A DNA stretch of 64,000 nt, from NCBI GenBank assembly GCA_030390025.1, contig CM059433.1, forward strand, positions 26,104,001 through 26,168,000, in the 5' to 3' direction. Numbering within the stretch: position 1 is the first letter of the stretch; each line of letters begins with the position of its first letter. The notes beneath the pieces are model-generated. The model had not been told where the DNA came from. It saw only the letters and a program-made list of their open reading frames with translations, and ran no database searches. A program made the position numbers and the translations under genes. Shown here one piece after another: positions 50,784 to 62,654 of this stretch. This DNA comes from Squalus acanthias. Taxonomy: Eukaryota.

Positions 50784-52615
50784 GGGCTCGATTTTACCAA
50801 CCTCGGTGGGTCCGTGGCAGGTGTCGTTGGTGGCGGGTCCCGGCCTCACTGCCGGCTCCATCCCGCTGTCCAAAATGATTTTCCCCTGATTGGGCTTGTT
50901 AAGCCCGCCCAGCGCATTTCCCGACCAATTGAAGGAAGCGGGTCTGATGACACAATTTGATGATGCGTCATCAGCCGTTTTCCTTAAAGGGACCATGCGC
51001 AAAATGATTTTGACATTTGTGCTGTCAGTGTTCTACAGCATTGAGGTGCTGCAAACACTGACAATCACAGCACAGAGGTGCACGGCTGCACCCAGGCTCT
51101 CCCATGACACCCTCCATATGCTTATGGAGGGAGCCACAGCACGCAGGGAGGTCCTCTTCCCTTCACATGGGCGGAAGAGATCTCCCCATGAGATCAACGC
51201 AGCCTAATTGCACATTGCAGAGGAGGGCACAAGCAGGGATGTCGTCAGGAGGACCAGGGGGCATGTGGTGCAAACCTTTCAATGATCTCAGTAGATCACA
51301 AAACGTTACTACAAAGCCACATTCAACCACATCCTGCTGTGCCACTCATCACATCCCCATCACTCTGCCTTCCCTACCCTACTCCTGCACATCCTTACTC
51401 ACACCAACTTACCTTGCACCTCCACCCATCTCTCTCTATCTATATTATCACATCCCCATCTCACTAGCCACCCCTCACACGCACCCTCATCCTAGTCCAA
51501 TCATACCAACTAACAACACACAAGGGTAGGCACTTGGGTGTTTTATGCAATGTTCATGTAATGTTTCTGTTAATGTGGTGTCAAACATTGAAACCTTTAT
51601 TTTCAGCATTTTGCATTCTTGGACAGAGTTGTGTGCACCTTTGGAAGTGGCTTAGTGAGTTGCAGTGAATGGTCAGACATAAGGGTACCCCCCCAAAAAA
51701 AAGCCCTCTTCTCCCCCCCCCCACCCCCCCACCCCACCCCCGCAATGGTGATGAGTGTGAAAGGAATGGCTTGGGCATTGTAGGGATGCTTTATGGTGTT
51801 GGTGTGGGGTGGTGCATCATGTGGCAACCATATGGGTGTACAGCGTCAAGTGAAGTAAATCTGGCCATGGTGAGGCCATCCCTGGCCTCCCGGGCAACAA
51901 TGTGGTCGGGTGCTGATGCCTTGTGTCCTGTGCAGCATCAGTTGATTGTGGAGGAGGTTGGTGTTGTTGTTGGTGCTGCTGGTGTGCCTGGTGCTGCTGG
52001 TGTGCCTGGTGCTGCTGGTGTTGGGGCTGATCATGGTAGAATTCTGAGGACCAAGGTGAGATAGTTTCAAGAACACCTATGCTGATGGAATAGATGGCAG
52101 GTGAAGTAGGGATGACAGAAGTGATCTGTCAATGGTGAGAGAGGTAATGAGGTCAGACTGGATGGAGACTTGTCTAAAGACTTGCAACATTCTGAATCTG
52201 TAGTGGAAATGCAGTTTAGAGAAGTTAGTGGCTAAGGGAAGATATCTTATTCAGCTGGAAGCTTTGACTTGACATTTGAAGCTGTCAACTCACCAGCTGA
52301 AACAATGGCCACTGACCTCCCGCCTCAGCTTCACTGACGAGGTCTAGGCACAGCGGGAAACTGGTGGGCAACCTGTCAAAATCAAAAAGCTGGGGAAAAA
52401 AGCATTATTAAGTGGCTGCAAACAAGGCACTAATTCTTTCAATTGCCTCCCCCGCCACTTTGTGGCGGATCTGCTCAGTGCTGGCAGACCCGACATTTGA
52501 GAAAGGCGCGTGGCGGCGGGTTGACAGCGGGGGCCTGACCCGCCGTCAAAATAAAACATTTTCCCACCTGACCCGCCACCGATCCCGCCCGCTGACCCCT
52601 TGCAAAATTCCCCCC
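50784..52615. mobile_element. Non-autonomous, doubly deleted Harbinger (relative of 121-4377)
   Basis: TIRs gggctcgatttt / rc ggggggaatttt; TSD ACA; Myb exon 1 and part of intron 1, intergenic 3' region, and both transposase ends are colinear with element 1. Confidence 0.9.
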
Positions 52616-52779
52616 ACAGTGTCTCGGATCACATGTGAAATTTGCAAATACTTGGGCTGCTAACTGCTTGGGGCACGATCCTGGCAGTTCCACAAGGATT
52701 GCGCCCTCCAGTGCTGACCCTGCCAGAGTATGTGGGGAGCTTACCGAATATGCATGGGGAACTCACCCACCAGTCGACA

Positions 52780-52868
52780 CAGTAACAAAAACAGAAATTG
52801 CTGCAAACACTCTGCCGGTTAAGCAGCATCTGTGGAAAGAAAAGAAGCGTTAACGATTCAGGTGTGAC
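52780..52868 (-). mobile_element. Degenerate Penelope family B terminus
   Basis: aacaaaaacagaaattgctg...agcagcatctgtgga...gttaacgattcagg. Confidence 0.6.
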
Positions 52869-53965
52869 CAGTTTGTTGCCTGATGCTGTTCCAGGGGAGG
52901 TGGGGTGTCTGATTTCCTCCCAATGGCAATTCTGTGGCTCTTTCAGCTGCCTTTGTAAGGGGAGCTGATATCAATTAATAAAAATTCTTACCTTGTCTTT
53001 GGATGTCCAGGCCACATCCCAAGCCTAGACTTCCCTCCCGCCCTGAAAGGGACCACTTGCACCCTTCAGGAGGCTGGTGTGATTCATGCCGCTCAGCATA
53101 CCACCACCCCATATGTATGCGTGGGTCCTTTTGAGGCCAAAGAAGCAGGAGTTCCCAGCGTAGGCACTCCCCGCCCTCAGCGCCACTCTCTCTGTGTCAG
53201 TGCCCTAGTTTTGCAGCGGCTACAAACAAACCCATTGGAAATTCCAACACTAGATTGTGGCCGTTCCACCAGATTCCTGTCACAGATGCAGATGGAATCT
53301 GCTGAAAACAGCTGAGCAATTTCATGGTCTCACTGTCTACATTCACATGGAAAGAATGGGTGACATACCCGAGCCCGCAGTGCTTGTGAAAATGTATGGC
53401 CTACTGGAAAGGATAGGAGAAAATTGGAGGAACATTCTAATATTTATTATTCATGTTCATTGATTGCAGGATTTCAATACTGTATATAAATACTCAATTT
53501 AAATGAAATATTTATTTTTGAGTTACTCATCGGTAGCTATTAGGATATTAATAATTCAAGTCTGCTATCTTTCAGTGTTATTTATCAGAATGATGATTAC
53601 CTCAGATTTCTCAGACTGCCTGTCTGACCTCAAGTTGAACGAACTTTCTCCAACTGAACATTGAGAAAACTGAATTTATCTTCTTTACCATCAGCAAAAG
53701 CTCCATAGCCTTGCCCAGACTCAATTCCCCTCCCTGCGTGCTCCTTGGGCTGAACCAGATGACGACTAACCTTAAACCTTGATTGACCCTGAGCTGAGCC
53801 TCATCTGCTTTTCCATCATCAAGACTTAATTTCAAACTCCAGAGTATTACTGGCCTCTGCTGAAACCCTTATCTATGTTATTTTGTTAGCTCAAGACTGA
53901 ATAGGGCAGATTTTCCTCTTTGTTGTGCCTGGCGAACACTCAGTTCCCTGGAACAGAGAGAGGAA

Positions 53966-55609
53966 ATGGGGGCAGAGAACCATTACAACAGATCTCTCCC
54001 TCCAGTACACTGCTCCAGGTCTTCTTCCACTTCCCTATCGCAACCCAAGATCCACAAACAGGACTGCCCTGGTAGACCCATCGTTTCAGCCTGTTCTTGC
54101 CCCACGGAACTTATCTCTTCCTATCTCGACTCTATTTTTTCTCCCCTTGTCCAGTCTCTTCCCACCTACATTCGCGACTCTTCCGACGCCCTCCGCCACT
54201 TTAACAGTTTCCAGTTTCCTGGCCCCAACCGTCTCCTTTTCACTATGGACGTACAATCCCTCTACACCTCCATCCACCACCAGGACTGCCTGAGGGTGCT
54301 CCGTTTCTTCCTTGAACAGAGGCCCAACCAGTCCCCATCCACCACCACCCTCCTCCGCCTGGCTGAACTTGTTCTCACATTAAACAACTTCTCCTCTGAC
54401 TCCAGTCACTTCCTCCAAATTAAAGGTGTTGCTATGGGAACCCGCATGGGCCCTAGCTATGCCTGCCTGTTCATGGGATATGTGGAACATTCTTTGTTCC
54501 AGTCCTACTCAGGTCCCCTCCCTCACCTCTTTTTCCGGTACATCGATGACTGTATCGGTGCCGTTTCCTGCTCTCGACCTGAACTAGATAAGTTCATTCA
54601 CTTTACTTCCAATTTCCACCCTTCCCTCACCTTCACATGGTCCATCTCCGACTCCTCCCTTCCCTTCCTTGACTTCTCCGTCTCCATTTCTGGCGATCGG
54701 CTTTCGACAAACATCCACTACAAGCCCACTGACTCCCACAGCTACCTGGACTACACTTCCTCCCACCCCGCTTCCTGTAAGGACTCTATTCCATTCTCCC
54801 AGTTTCTCCGTCTCCGCCGCGTCAGTTCTGACGATGCCACCTTCCATACCAGTGCTTCCGACATGTCTTCCTTTTTCCTCAACCGAGGATTCCCCTCTAC
54901 TGTGGTTGACACGGCCCTTGATCGTGTCCGTTCCATTTCCCGCACTTCTGCTCTCACCCCTTCCCTTCCCTCCCAGAACCATGATAGGGTTCCCCTTGTC
55001 CTCACCTTTCACCCCACCAGCCTCCACATTCAACGGATAATCCTCCACCATTGCCGCCACCTCCAACGTGATCCCACCACCAAACACATCTTCCCCTCAC
55101 CTCCCCTTTCAGCATTCCGAAGGGACCGCTCCCTCCGTGACACCCTGGTCCACTCCTCAATCACCCCTAACAGCCCTTCTCCTTCGCCTGGCACCTTCCC
55201 GTGCAAGCGCAGGAGATGCAACATATGTCCTTTTACCTCCTCCCTTCCCACTGTCCAGGGCCCCAAACAACCCTTCCAGGTGAAACGGCGATTTACTTGT
55301 ACTTCTTGCAATTTAATATACTGTATTCGCTGCTCACGATGCGGTCTCCTCTACATTGGGGAGACCAAACGCAGATTGGGTGACCGCTTTGCGGAACACC
55401 TCCGTTCAGTCCGTAAGGGTGACCCTGAGCTTCCGGTCGCCTGTCACTTTAATTCTCCGCTTCACTCCCACTCTGATCTCTCTGTCCTCGGCCTATTACA
55501 CTGTTCCAATGAAGCTCAACGTAAGCTCGAGGAACAGCACCTCATCTTTCGATTAGGCACTTTACAGCCTTCCGGACTCAACATTGAGTTCAACAACTTC
55601 AGACAATAA
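53966..55609 (+). CDS. Penelope RT + GIY-YIG endonuclease; open from PKIHK to the stop (the ORF's ATG is probably fortuitous flank)
   Basis: PKIHK..PGRPIVS, DVQSLYT, GVAMG, RYIDD, NLIYCIRC..LYIGET..R, GLN. Confidence 0.85.
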   Translation: MGAENHYNRSLPPVHCSRSSSTSLSQPKIHKQDCPGRPIVSACSCPTELISSYLDSIFSPLVQSLPTYIRDSSDALRHFNSFQFPGPNRLLFTMDVQSLYTSIHHQDCLRVLRFFLEQRPNQSPSTTTLLRLAELVLTLNNFSSDSSHFLQIKGVAMGTRMGPSYACLFMGYVEHSLFQSYSGPLPHLFFRYIDDCIGAVSCSRPELDKFIHFTSNFHPSLTFTWSISDSSLPFLDFSVSISGDRLSTNIHYKPTDSHSYLDYTSSHPASCKDSIPFSQFLRLRRVSSDDATFHTSASDMSSFFLNRGFPSTVVDTALDRVRSISRTSALTPSLPSQNHDRVPLVLTFHPTSLHIQRIILHHCRHLQRDPTTKHIFPSPPLSAFRRDRSLRDTLVHSSITPNSPSPSPGTFPCKRRRCNICPFTSSLPTVQGPKQPFQVKRRFTCTSCNLIYCIRCSRCGLLYIGETKRRLGDRFAEHLRSVRKGDPELPVACHFNSPLHSHSDLSVLGLLHCSNEAQRKLEEQHLIFRLGTLQPSGLNIEFNNFRQ

Positions 55610-55918
55610 TCCCTGCCCCCATTTTTCATGCTGTATGATTTTGCCATTCCCATTTGCAACATTTTATCTTTCCTGCCTCTTACATAAGCACAGTATGTTC
55701 TTTCAATTCCTTCCTCCCCTCCTAAACCGCACCCCCCCCTGTCTCTGCACCTGCTTAATATCTGTTACATCTCCAGCTTTTTCCAGTTCTGATGAAGGGT
55801 CCCAGACCTGAAACGTTAACTCTGTTTCTCTCTCCACGGATGCTGCCTGGCCTGCTGAGTATTTCCAGCATTTTCTGTTGTTATTTCAGATTTCCAGCAT
55901 CCGCAGTATTTTGCTATT
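53990..55918 (+). mobile_element. Penelope-like retroelement family B, 5'-truncated
   Basis: RT + GIY-YIG ORF followed by a 3' UTR with hammerhead motif and tail. Confidence 0.92.
55785..55821 (+). ncRNA. Minimal hammerhead ribozyme motif (family B, sense to the ORF)
   Basis: agtt-CTGATGA-a-gggtc(cca)gacct-GAAA-cgtt-aact. Confidence 0.78.
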
Positions 55919-57780
55919 GTATAAATGGACCTGTGTGTGGGTAGGCACAGTTGCAGTGTAACCACTGTAATACGGCTCGAGGTGGCATTGCCGGCCTCGT
56001 GCCTTACTTTCCTCTCACTTCACCCATTGGGTGCCCAAGGGAAGCAGTACCCAAAAAGCCTGGCCATGGAGCTTGAACTAACTAATTGTTCAAAGAGCAA
56101 TCATGGCTTAGCCCTGACTTAGTACTCCAAACAGGAGAATCTGTGCAGTTTCTTGAATAAGAATTTCCAATGGAATACCCCTAGCTATTGCACTGACTTC
56201 TTCTTCCTGAATGTATAATGCTAATGCTTTATTATTTCAAATCTAGTTAATAACAAACACATTGGATAAAAATGAAAGTACATCCAACCATGCCTCTTTG
56301 TAAATGTAATAATAACATTAACGTTAAGGAGACTTTATTTAATTTCATAACAGCACACTGCAATAAAACAATTAAAAATTTAATCATAAGGATAATCTAA
56401 AACTCAATTTCCAGAATTAAAGCTTTACAGCTCTTGCTGTCATTAACTGAACATGCCAGAATGTGATTCCTACGATCCGATTTTCCGAATGTGTTTCCCA
56501 GGTGTAGACCCTCGCTCACCAGGAGCACATATCAGGAAATCATGGGTGCACTCCTGACGCTTTTCCATCCATTCATTTTAACAGGCAGAAAATAGCCTGT
56601 GGTTTCCCAATGAATAATCCAGTGGGTGCCAGGAAAATTAGATGTGGAAAATTGGCACTTTGTAGTCAAAGTACCTGTAGAACAATAACAATGATCGCAA
56701 CTGTTAATATTAACTTTGTGAGTCAAGAGGTATACAAACCATACAATATTTTAAATCTGACGCCAGATTAAATGTTGCATAAGATGAATCATCAGAGCTC
56801 AGGCCCGTCTAGAGGTGAGGAGCAAATGATCTGTCCTTGGATTCAGCATGTTCAAAAGTCCTTTCAAACTGTCTGTGATGCAGACGAAGCTATGTTGTTG
56901 ATATTTCCAATAAAGCTACAAATTATTTTCTGTCCTTAACAATTTTTCTTTGCCGTATGAAATCTTGAGAGCAGATGCTTGTCCAGCTGTAGTTTCTGAT
57001 GGAACATCAGATATAATTTCAGGTCTGTTGTCATCATCTTATTTCAAGGGCAATATCAGTTTTGAAATTACAGTGTGTTGCATGGATCACCTGTAGGCTT
57101 TTGAAGAAGTAATTCTGGTATCTTTCCAGGGTAACACACAATGATATCCCTCTGAATATCTAATCATACCTTTGGTTAAACAAGCAAAATCCGTGCTAAT
57201 TGCAACTTTCCCTTCTTTGTTTATACTGATGCAAATAACTTCTCTCCCTCTGTGACATCTCTAGGTAGGTAGCCCTTAGATTGCCAGCAGGTTCAGGGAG
57301 TCTCATGCCTTGCTGAATTGACTGCTTTTGTTTTTAGTTTGTGCATTGAGATGGTGAAATAAACATTAATATTAAAATAATAAAGCTACTCAAGCAAGAC
57401 TAATTTGACAACTAAAACGCTATTTTACATAAACAACAAATCATTGATCACACTTTACCTGTGCTTTCCATTATTGCCCTGTTCTTCCTCCTAATCCCTC
57501 GTCTTAGCTGTTCTCTCTCTCTTCGCTTCAACTTTAATTTTATTATTTTACTTTTTCCATCCCTTTCCTTGAATGTATTCAAGGCAAAACTGTGGCAGAT
57601 GGAGTTCAATGTGGAGAAATTTGAGGTTATCCACTTTGGACCTAAGAAAGATTGATCAGAGTATTTTTTTAAATAGTGAGAAGCTTGAAACTGTGGAGGA
57701 GCCGAGAGATTTAGGGATCCATGTACAGAAATCACTAACAGCTCATGGACTGGTACAAAAAATAATTTAAAAGGCTAACA

Positions 57781-59043
57781 GAAAGTCACAAATGACATCC
57801 TATGTGACTGTGAAGTTGGTGAACTATCCCTCCTCATCATTCTTGACCTGTCTGCAGCCTTTGACATGGTTGACCAAAACATCCTCCTCCAACGCCTCTC
57901 CACCGTCGTCCAGCTGGGTGGGACTGCCCTCGCCTGGTTCCATTCCTATCTATCCAGTCGTAGCCAAATAATCACGTGCAATGGCTTCTCTTCCCACTCC
58001 TGCACCGTTACCTGTGGAGTCCCCCAAGAATCTATCCGTGTCCCCCTCCTGTTTCTCATCTACATGCTGCCCTCGATGACATCATCCGAAAACACAGTGT
58101 CAGGTTCCACATGTACGCTGACGACACCAGCTCTACCTCACCACATCTCTCGAGCCCTCCACTGCCTCTGATTTGTCACACTGCTTGTCCGATGTCTAGT
58201 ATTGGATGAGCAAAAATTTCCTACAATTAAATATTGGAAGACGGAAGCCATTGTCCCCGCCACAATTTCTATTCCCTAGCCACTGACTCCATCGCTCTCC
58301 CTGGCAGCTGTCTGAGGCTGAAGCAGAATGTTCGCAATCTTGATGTCCTATTTGACCCTGAGTTGACCTTCCGACCACATATCCACTCCATCACTATGAC
58401 CACCTACTTCCACCTTCGTAATATCGCCCGTCTCCACCCCTGCCTCAGCTCATCTGCTGCTGAAACCCTCATCCACGCCTTCATTACTTCTAGGCTTAAC
58501 TATTTTAATGCTCTCCTGGCCAGCCTCCCACCTTGCACCCTTCATAAACTTGAGCTCATCCAAAACTTTGCTGCCCGTATCCTAACTTGCACGAAGTCCC
58601 GTTTACCCGTCACTCCTGTGCTTGCTGACCTACATTGGCTCCTGGTAAAGCATCGACCCAATTTTAGAATTCTCATCCTTGTTCTCAAATCCTTCCATGA
58701 CTTGCCCCTCTCTATCTCTGTAACCTCATCCAGCCCCACAACTCTCCAAAATCTCTGCGCTCCTCCAATTATGGCCTCTTGCGCATCGCTGATTTTCTTC
58801 TCTCCACAATTGTCAGCCATGCCTTCAGCTGCCTAGGCCCTAAGCTCTGGAATTCGCTCCCTAAACCTCTCCGCCTCTCTATATCTCTCCTTAAAACTAT
58901 GTCTTTGACCAAGGTTTTGGTCACCTGTTCTAATATCTCCTTATGTGGCTCGGTTTCAAATTTTGTTCTATAATGCTTCTGTGAAGTGCCTTGGGACATT
59001 TTACTACATTAAAGGCGCTATATAAATGCACAATGTTGTTGTT
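57781..59043 (+). mobile_element. L2 LINE, RT C-terminal half to 3' tail
   Basis: LDLSAAFD, WFHSYLSSR, GVPQ, HMYADDT, DLHWL, KLWNSLP; ttg tail. Confidence 0.9.
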
Positions 59044-59164
59044 TAGTAAAGTCAGATGCAAAGTAATTAGTACCTCAGCCATGCTCTCTGCCTCCACAAG
59101 AAGATTTCCTTTTTGTTCCCTAATCGGCCCCACCCTTCCTTTGACTATTCTTTTAATCTTTATA

Positions 59165-62100
59165 TAAGAACATAAGACATAAGAAATAGGAGCAGGAGTA
59201 GGCCATACAGCCCATCGAGCCTGCTCCACCATTCAATAAGATCATGGCTGAACTTTTACATCAACTCCACTTTCCCGCCCTATCCCCATATCCCTTGATT
59301 CCCTTAGTGCCCAAACATCTATCGATCTCAGTCTTGAATATACTCAATGACTCAGCATCCACAGCCCTCTGGGGTAGAGAATTCCAAAGATTCGCAACCC
59401 TCTGAGTGAAGAAATTTCTCCTCATCTCAGTCCGAAATGGCCGATCCCTTATCCTGAGGCTGTGACCCCTAGTTCTAGACTCCCCAGCCAGGGGAAACAT
59501 CCTCCCTGCATCTACCCTTTCAAGCACTCTAACAATTTGATCACCACTTATTCTTCTAAACTCCAGAGAATATAGGCTCATTATACTCAGTCTCCCCTCA
59601 TAGGACAGCCCTCTCATCCCAGGAATTAATCTGGTAAAACTTTTTGCACCCACTCTAAGGCAAGTATATCCTTCCTTAGGTAAGGAGACCAAAACTGTAC
59701 ACAGTACTCCAGGTTTGGTCTCACCAAAGCCCTATATAATTGCAGCAAGACTTCCTTACTCTTATACTCCAACCCCCTTGCAATAAAGACTAACATACCA
59801 TTTGCTTTCCTAATTGCTTGTTGTACCTGCATGATAACTTTTTGTGATTCTTGCACATGGACACTCAGGTCCCTCTGAATCCTAACATTTACTGGTATCT
59901 CACCATTTAAAAAAATTCTGTTTTTCCATTCGTTCTACCAAAGTGGCTAATTTCACACTTCCCCACATTATACTCCATTTGCCATTGTCTTGCCCAAACA
60001 CAACCAGTCTATATCCCTTTGCAGCCTCTTTACGACCTCCTCGCAGCTTACTTTCCCACCTAGCTTTGTATCATCAGCAAACTTGGATATATTACACTCG
60101 GTCCCCTCATCTAAGTCATTGATATAGATTATAAATAGCTGAGGCCCAAGCACTGATTCTTGCGGCACTCTACTAGTTACACCCTGCCATCCTGAAAATG
60201 ACGCGTTTATTCCTACTCTCTGTTTTCTGTCCGTTAACCAATCCTCAATCCATGCTAATATATTACCCTCAATCCCATGAGCCCTAGGGGTAGAAATTAG
60301 GTCGCGCCCCATTTGGGGCGCAAATATCGTCTGGACGCAAATATTAGCGCCTGGCGCTAATTATCGGCACTGACTGGAAACTTCACTTTTAACGCCCCGG
60401 GAGGTGAGTGGAGCGCTAAAGCAGGCGCTGCACACCTGTCTTAAGGCGCAAAGGCCAAGGAGTGAGGCGCTAACTCAGAGCGCTGGCGAAGCTCATGTAA
60501 TGTCAGTCAGCAATGGAACACACACACAATGGCACGGGCCAGTTCTTAAAGGGGATGGTTAATCTTGCTTTCCATCCACATCCTGTTCATTGCAGCCTTG
60601 AATCTCGGCCTGGAGAGACTTGCACATCAAATGTGCTGGAAAGAACAATGGAGAGTACCAGGCAAAGAGCTCAGAGTGCAGCTCCCACAGTCTCTGCTAA
60701 ATCGATACAAGGAATGGCAAATCAAAATGAACCTGCAAAGTGCTGCTCAGTACCCAAAACTCCTTCACACAACGTTGAATCTCTCCAGAAGTCTCTCCCT
60801 CTCTCTCTCAGAATGCATAGTTCAAAAATGCCACCAACAATAAAAGACAGGAAGAGGCCCCCTTTAAATAGCGCCCCCCCCAGCCCCACAGCGATTGATA
60901 GCGTTCCAGTCTTCTGGTCGTTGGATGCGCCAGGCGGTAAGGCAGGGGGCGCCACTCAATTTCCGCTCCGGGGCGCCACAAGGGCGTTGCACCATTGAAT
61001 GACGTCACAATCTGCGCGCGCAGGTGGTCGCAGCGGTAAGTTTTAGCGCCGCCGCACAATCTCAAGTTAAGTTCTCTAGCGGCGCAAACATCGCTGCGCC
61101 CGGGCGTTAGCGGCTTTGCGCCCCATTAGCGCCCTCTTAAGGCGCTAACGGGAGGCGCAACCAACTGAATTTTTACCCCCTAATCTTGTATAATAGCCTC
61201 TTGTATGACACTTTATCAAATGCCTTCTGAAAATCCAAATATACTACATCCGCTGGTTCCCCCTTATTTACCCTGCTAGTTACACCCTCAAAAAACGCTA
61301 ATAGATTTGTCAAACATGATTTGTCTTTCATAAAACTGCGTTGACTTTGCCTAATCATATTGTGATTTTCCAAGTGCCCTGTTACCATGTCGCTAATAAT
61401 AGATTCTAGCATTTTCCCTATTACTGATGTCAGGCTAAATGGCCTATAGTTCCCTGTTTTCTCTCTCCCTCCTTTCTTGAACAGCAGGGTTACATTGCTA
61501 CCTTCCAATCCACGGGGACCATTCTAGTATCTGGGGAATTCTGCAAGATCAAAACCAATGCATCCACTATCTTTGCAGCCATCTCTTCTAAAACCTTAGG
61601 ATGTAGGCCATCAGGTCCTGGGGATTTGTTTGGTTTTTCGTCCCATTAATTTCTCCAGTACATTTTCTGTACTAATATTAATTACTTTTAGTTCCTCACT
61701 TTCATTAGACCCTTGGTTCCCTACACTTTCCAATATGTTCTTCTACTGTGAAGACAGACGCAAAATATTTTTGTTTAACGTCTCTGCCATTTCTTTATTC
61801 CCTATTATAATTTCTCCTGTCTGCCTCTAAGGGACCCATGCTTACTTTTGCTTATCTCTTCCTTTTTGCATACTTGTAAAAGCTCTTACAATCTGTTTTT
61901 ATATTTCTTGCTAGATAATCCTCATTCTATTTTCTCCCTCTTTATCACTTTCTTGGTCATCCTTTGCTGATTATTAACATCCTCCCAATCCTCAGGCTTA
62001 CTACTCTCTTTGGCAACATTGTAAGCTTCTTTTAATCTAATACTATCTTTAACTTCTCTAGTTAGCCACAGTTGTACCACTCTTCCAGTGGAGTTTTTAT

Positions 62101-62415
62101 TCCTCAAGGGAATGTATATTCGTTGAGAATTATGAATTATTTATTTAAATGTTTGCCATTGCTTATCTGTCATCATATCTTTTCATCTAATTTCCCAATC
62201 TACTACAGCCAGCTTACCTCTCATACCTCCGTAATTGGTTTTGTTTAAGTTTAAGACATTAGTTTTGGACTTAACTCTTAAACTTAATGTGAAATTCTAT
62301 CATATTATGATCACTCTTCCCCAAAGGATCCTTTACTATAAGATTACGAATTAACCCCATCTCATTACACAATACTAGATCTAAAATAGCCTGTTCTCTA
62401 GTTGGTTCCTTAACA
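59165..62415 (-). mobile_element. CR1 LINE ORF2, interrupted by the MITE at 60287-61179 and nested in another CR1 fragment (~59045-59164, ~62416-62650)
   Basis: [61 protein letters not shown]. Confidence 0.9.
60287..61179. mobile_element. Young Harbinger-type non-autonomous element
   Basis: TIRs ggggtagaaatt / rc ggggtaaaaatt; TSD CTA (60284-60286, 61180-61182); ends shared with 28458-29217. Confidence 0.9.
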
Positions 62416-62654
62416 TATGTTTATAAAATACTTTAGTGTTTTCTTTTATATGACCCGCTAATATTTTCTCATACACTCTCTTTGCCCCTTATTTCCTTTT
62501 TCAGTTCTCCTCTGTACTCTGTTTCTTGATTCTCTACTGTATTATGAATCTGACATTCATCACAAGACCCCATTTTCTGTTTCATTTTAATCCAAATTTC
62601 TTTAGTCATCTAGGGAGCTCTAGTTTGAGTGCCCTTCATAGGAATGTGTCTAGT

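Noticed and set aside
56760..57180. Coding-like unique sequence, possibly a continuation of the ERV beyond the nested LINEs
   Set aside because: Fragmented frames with no identifiable motif
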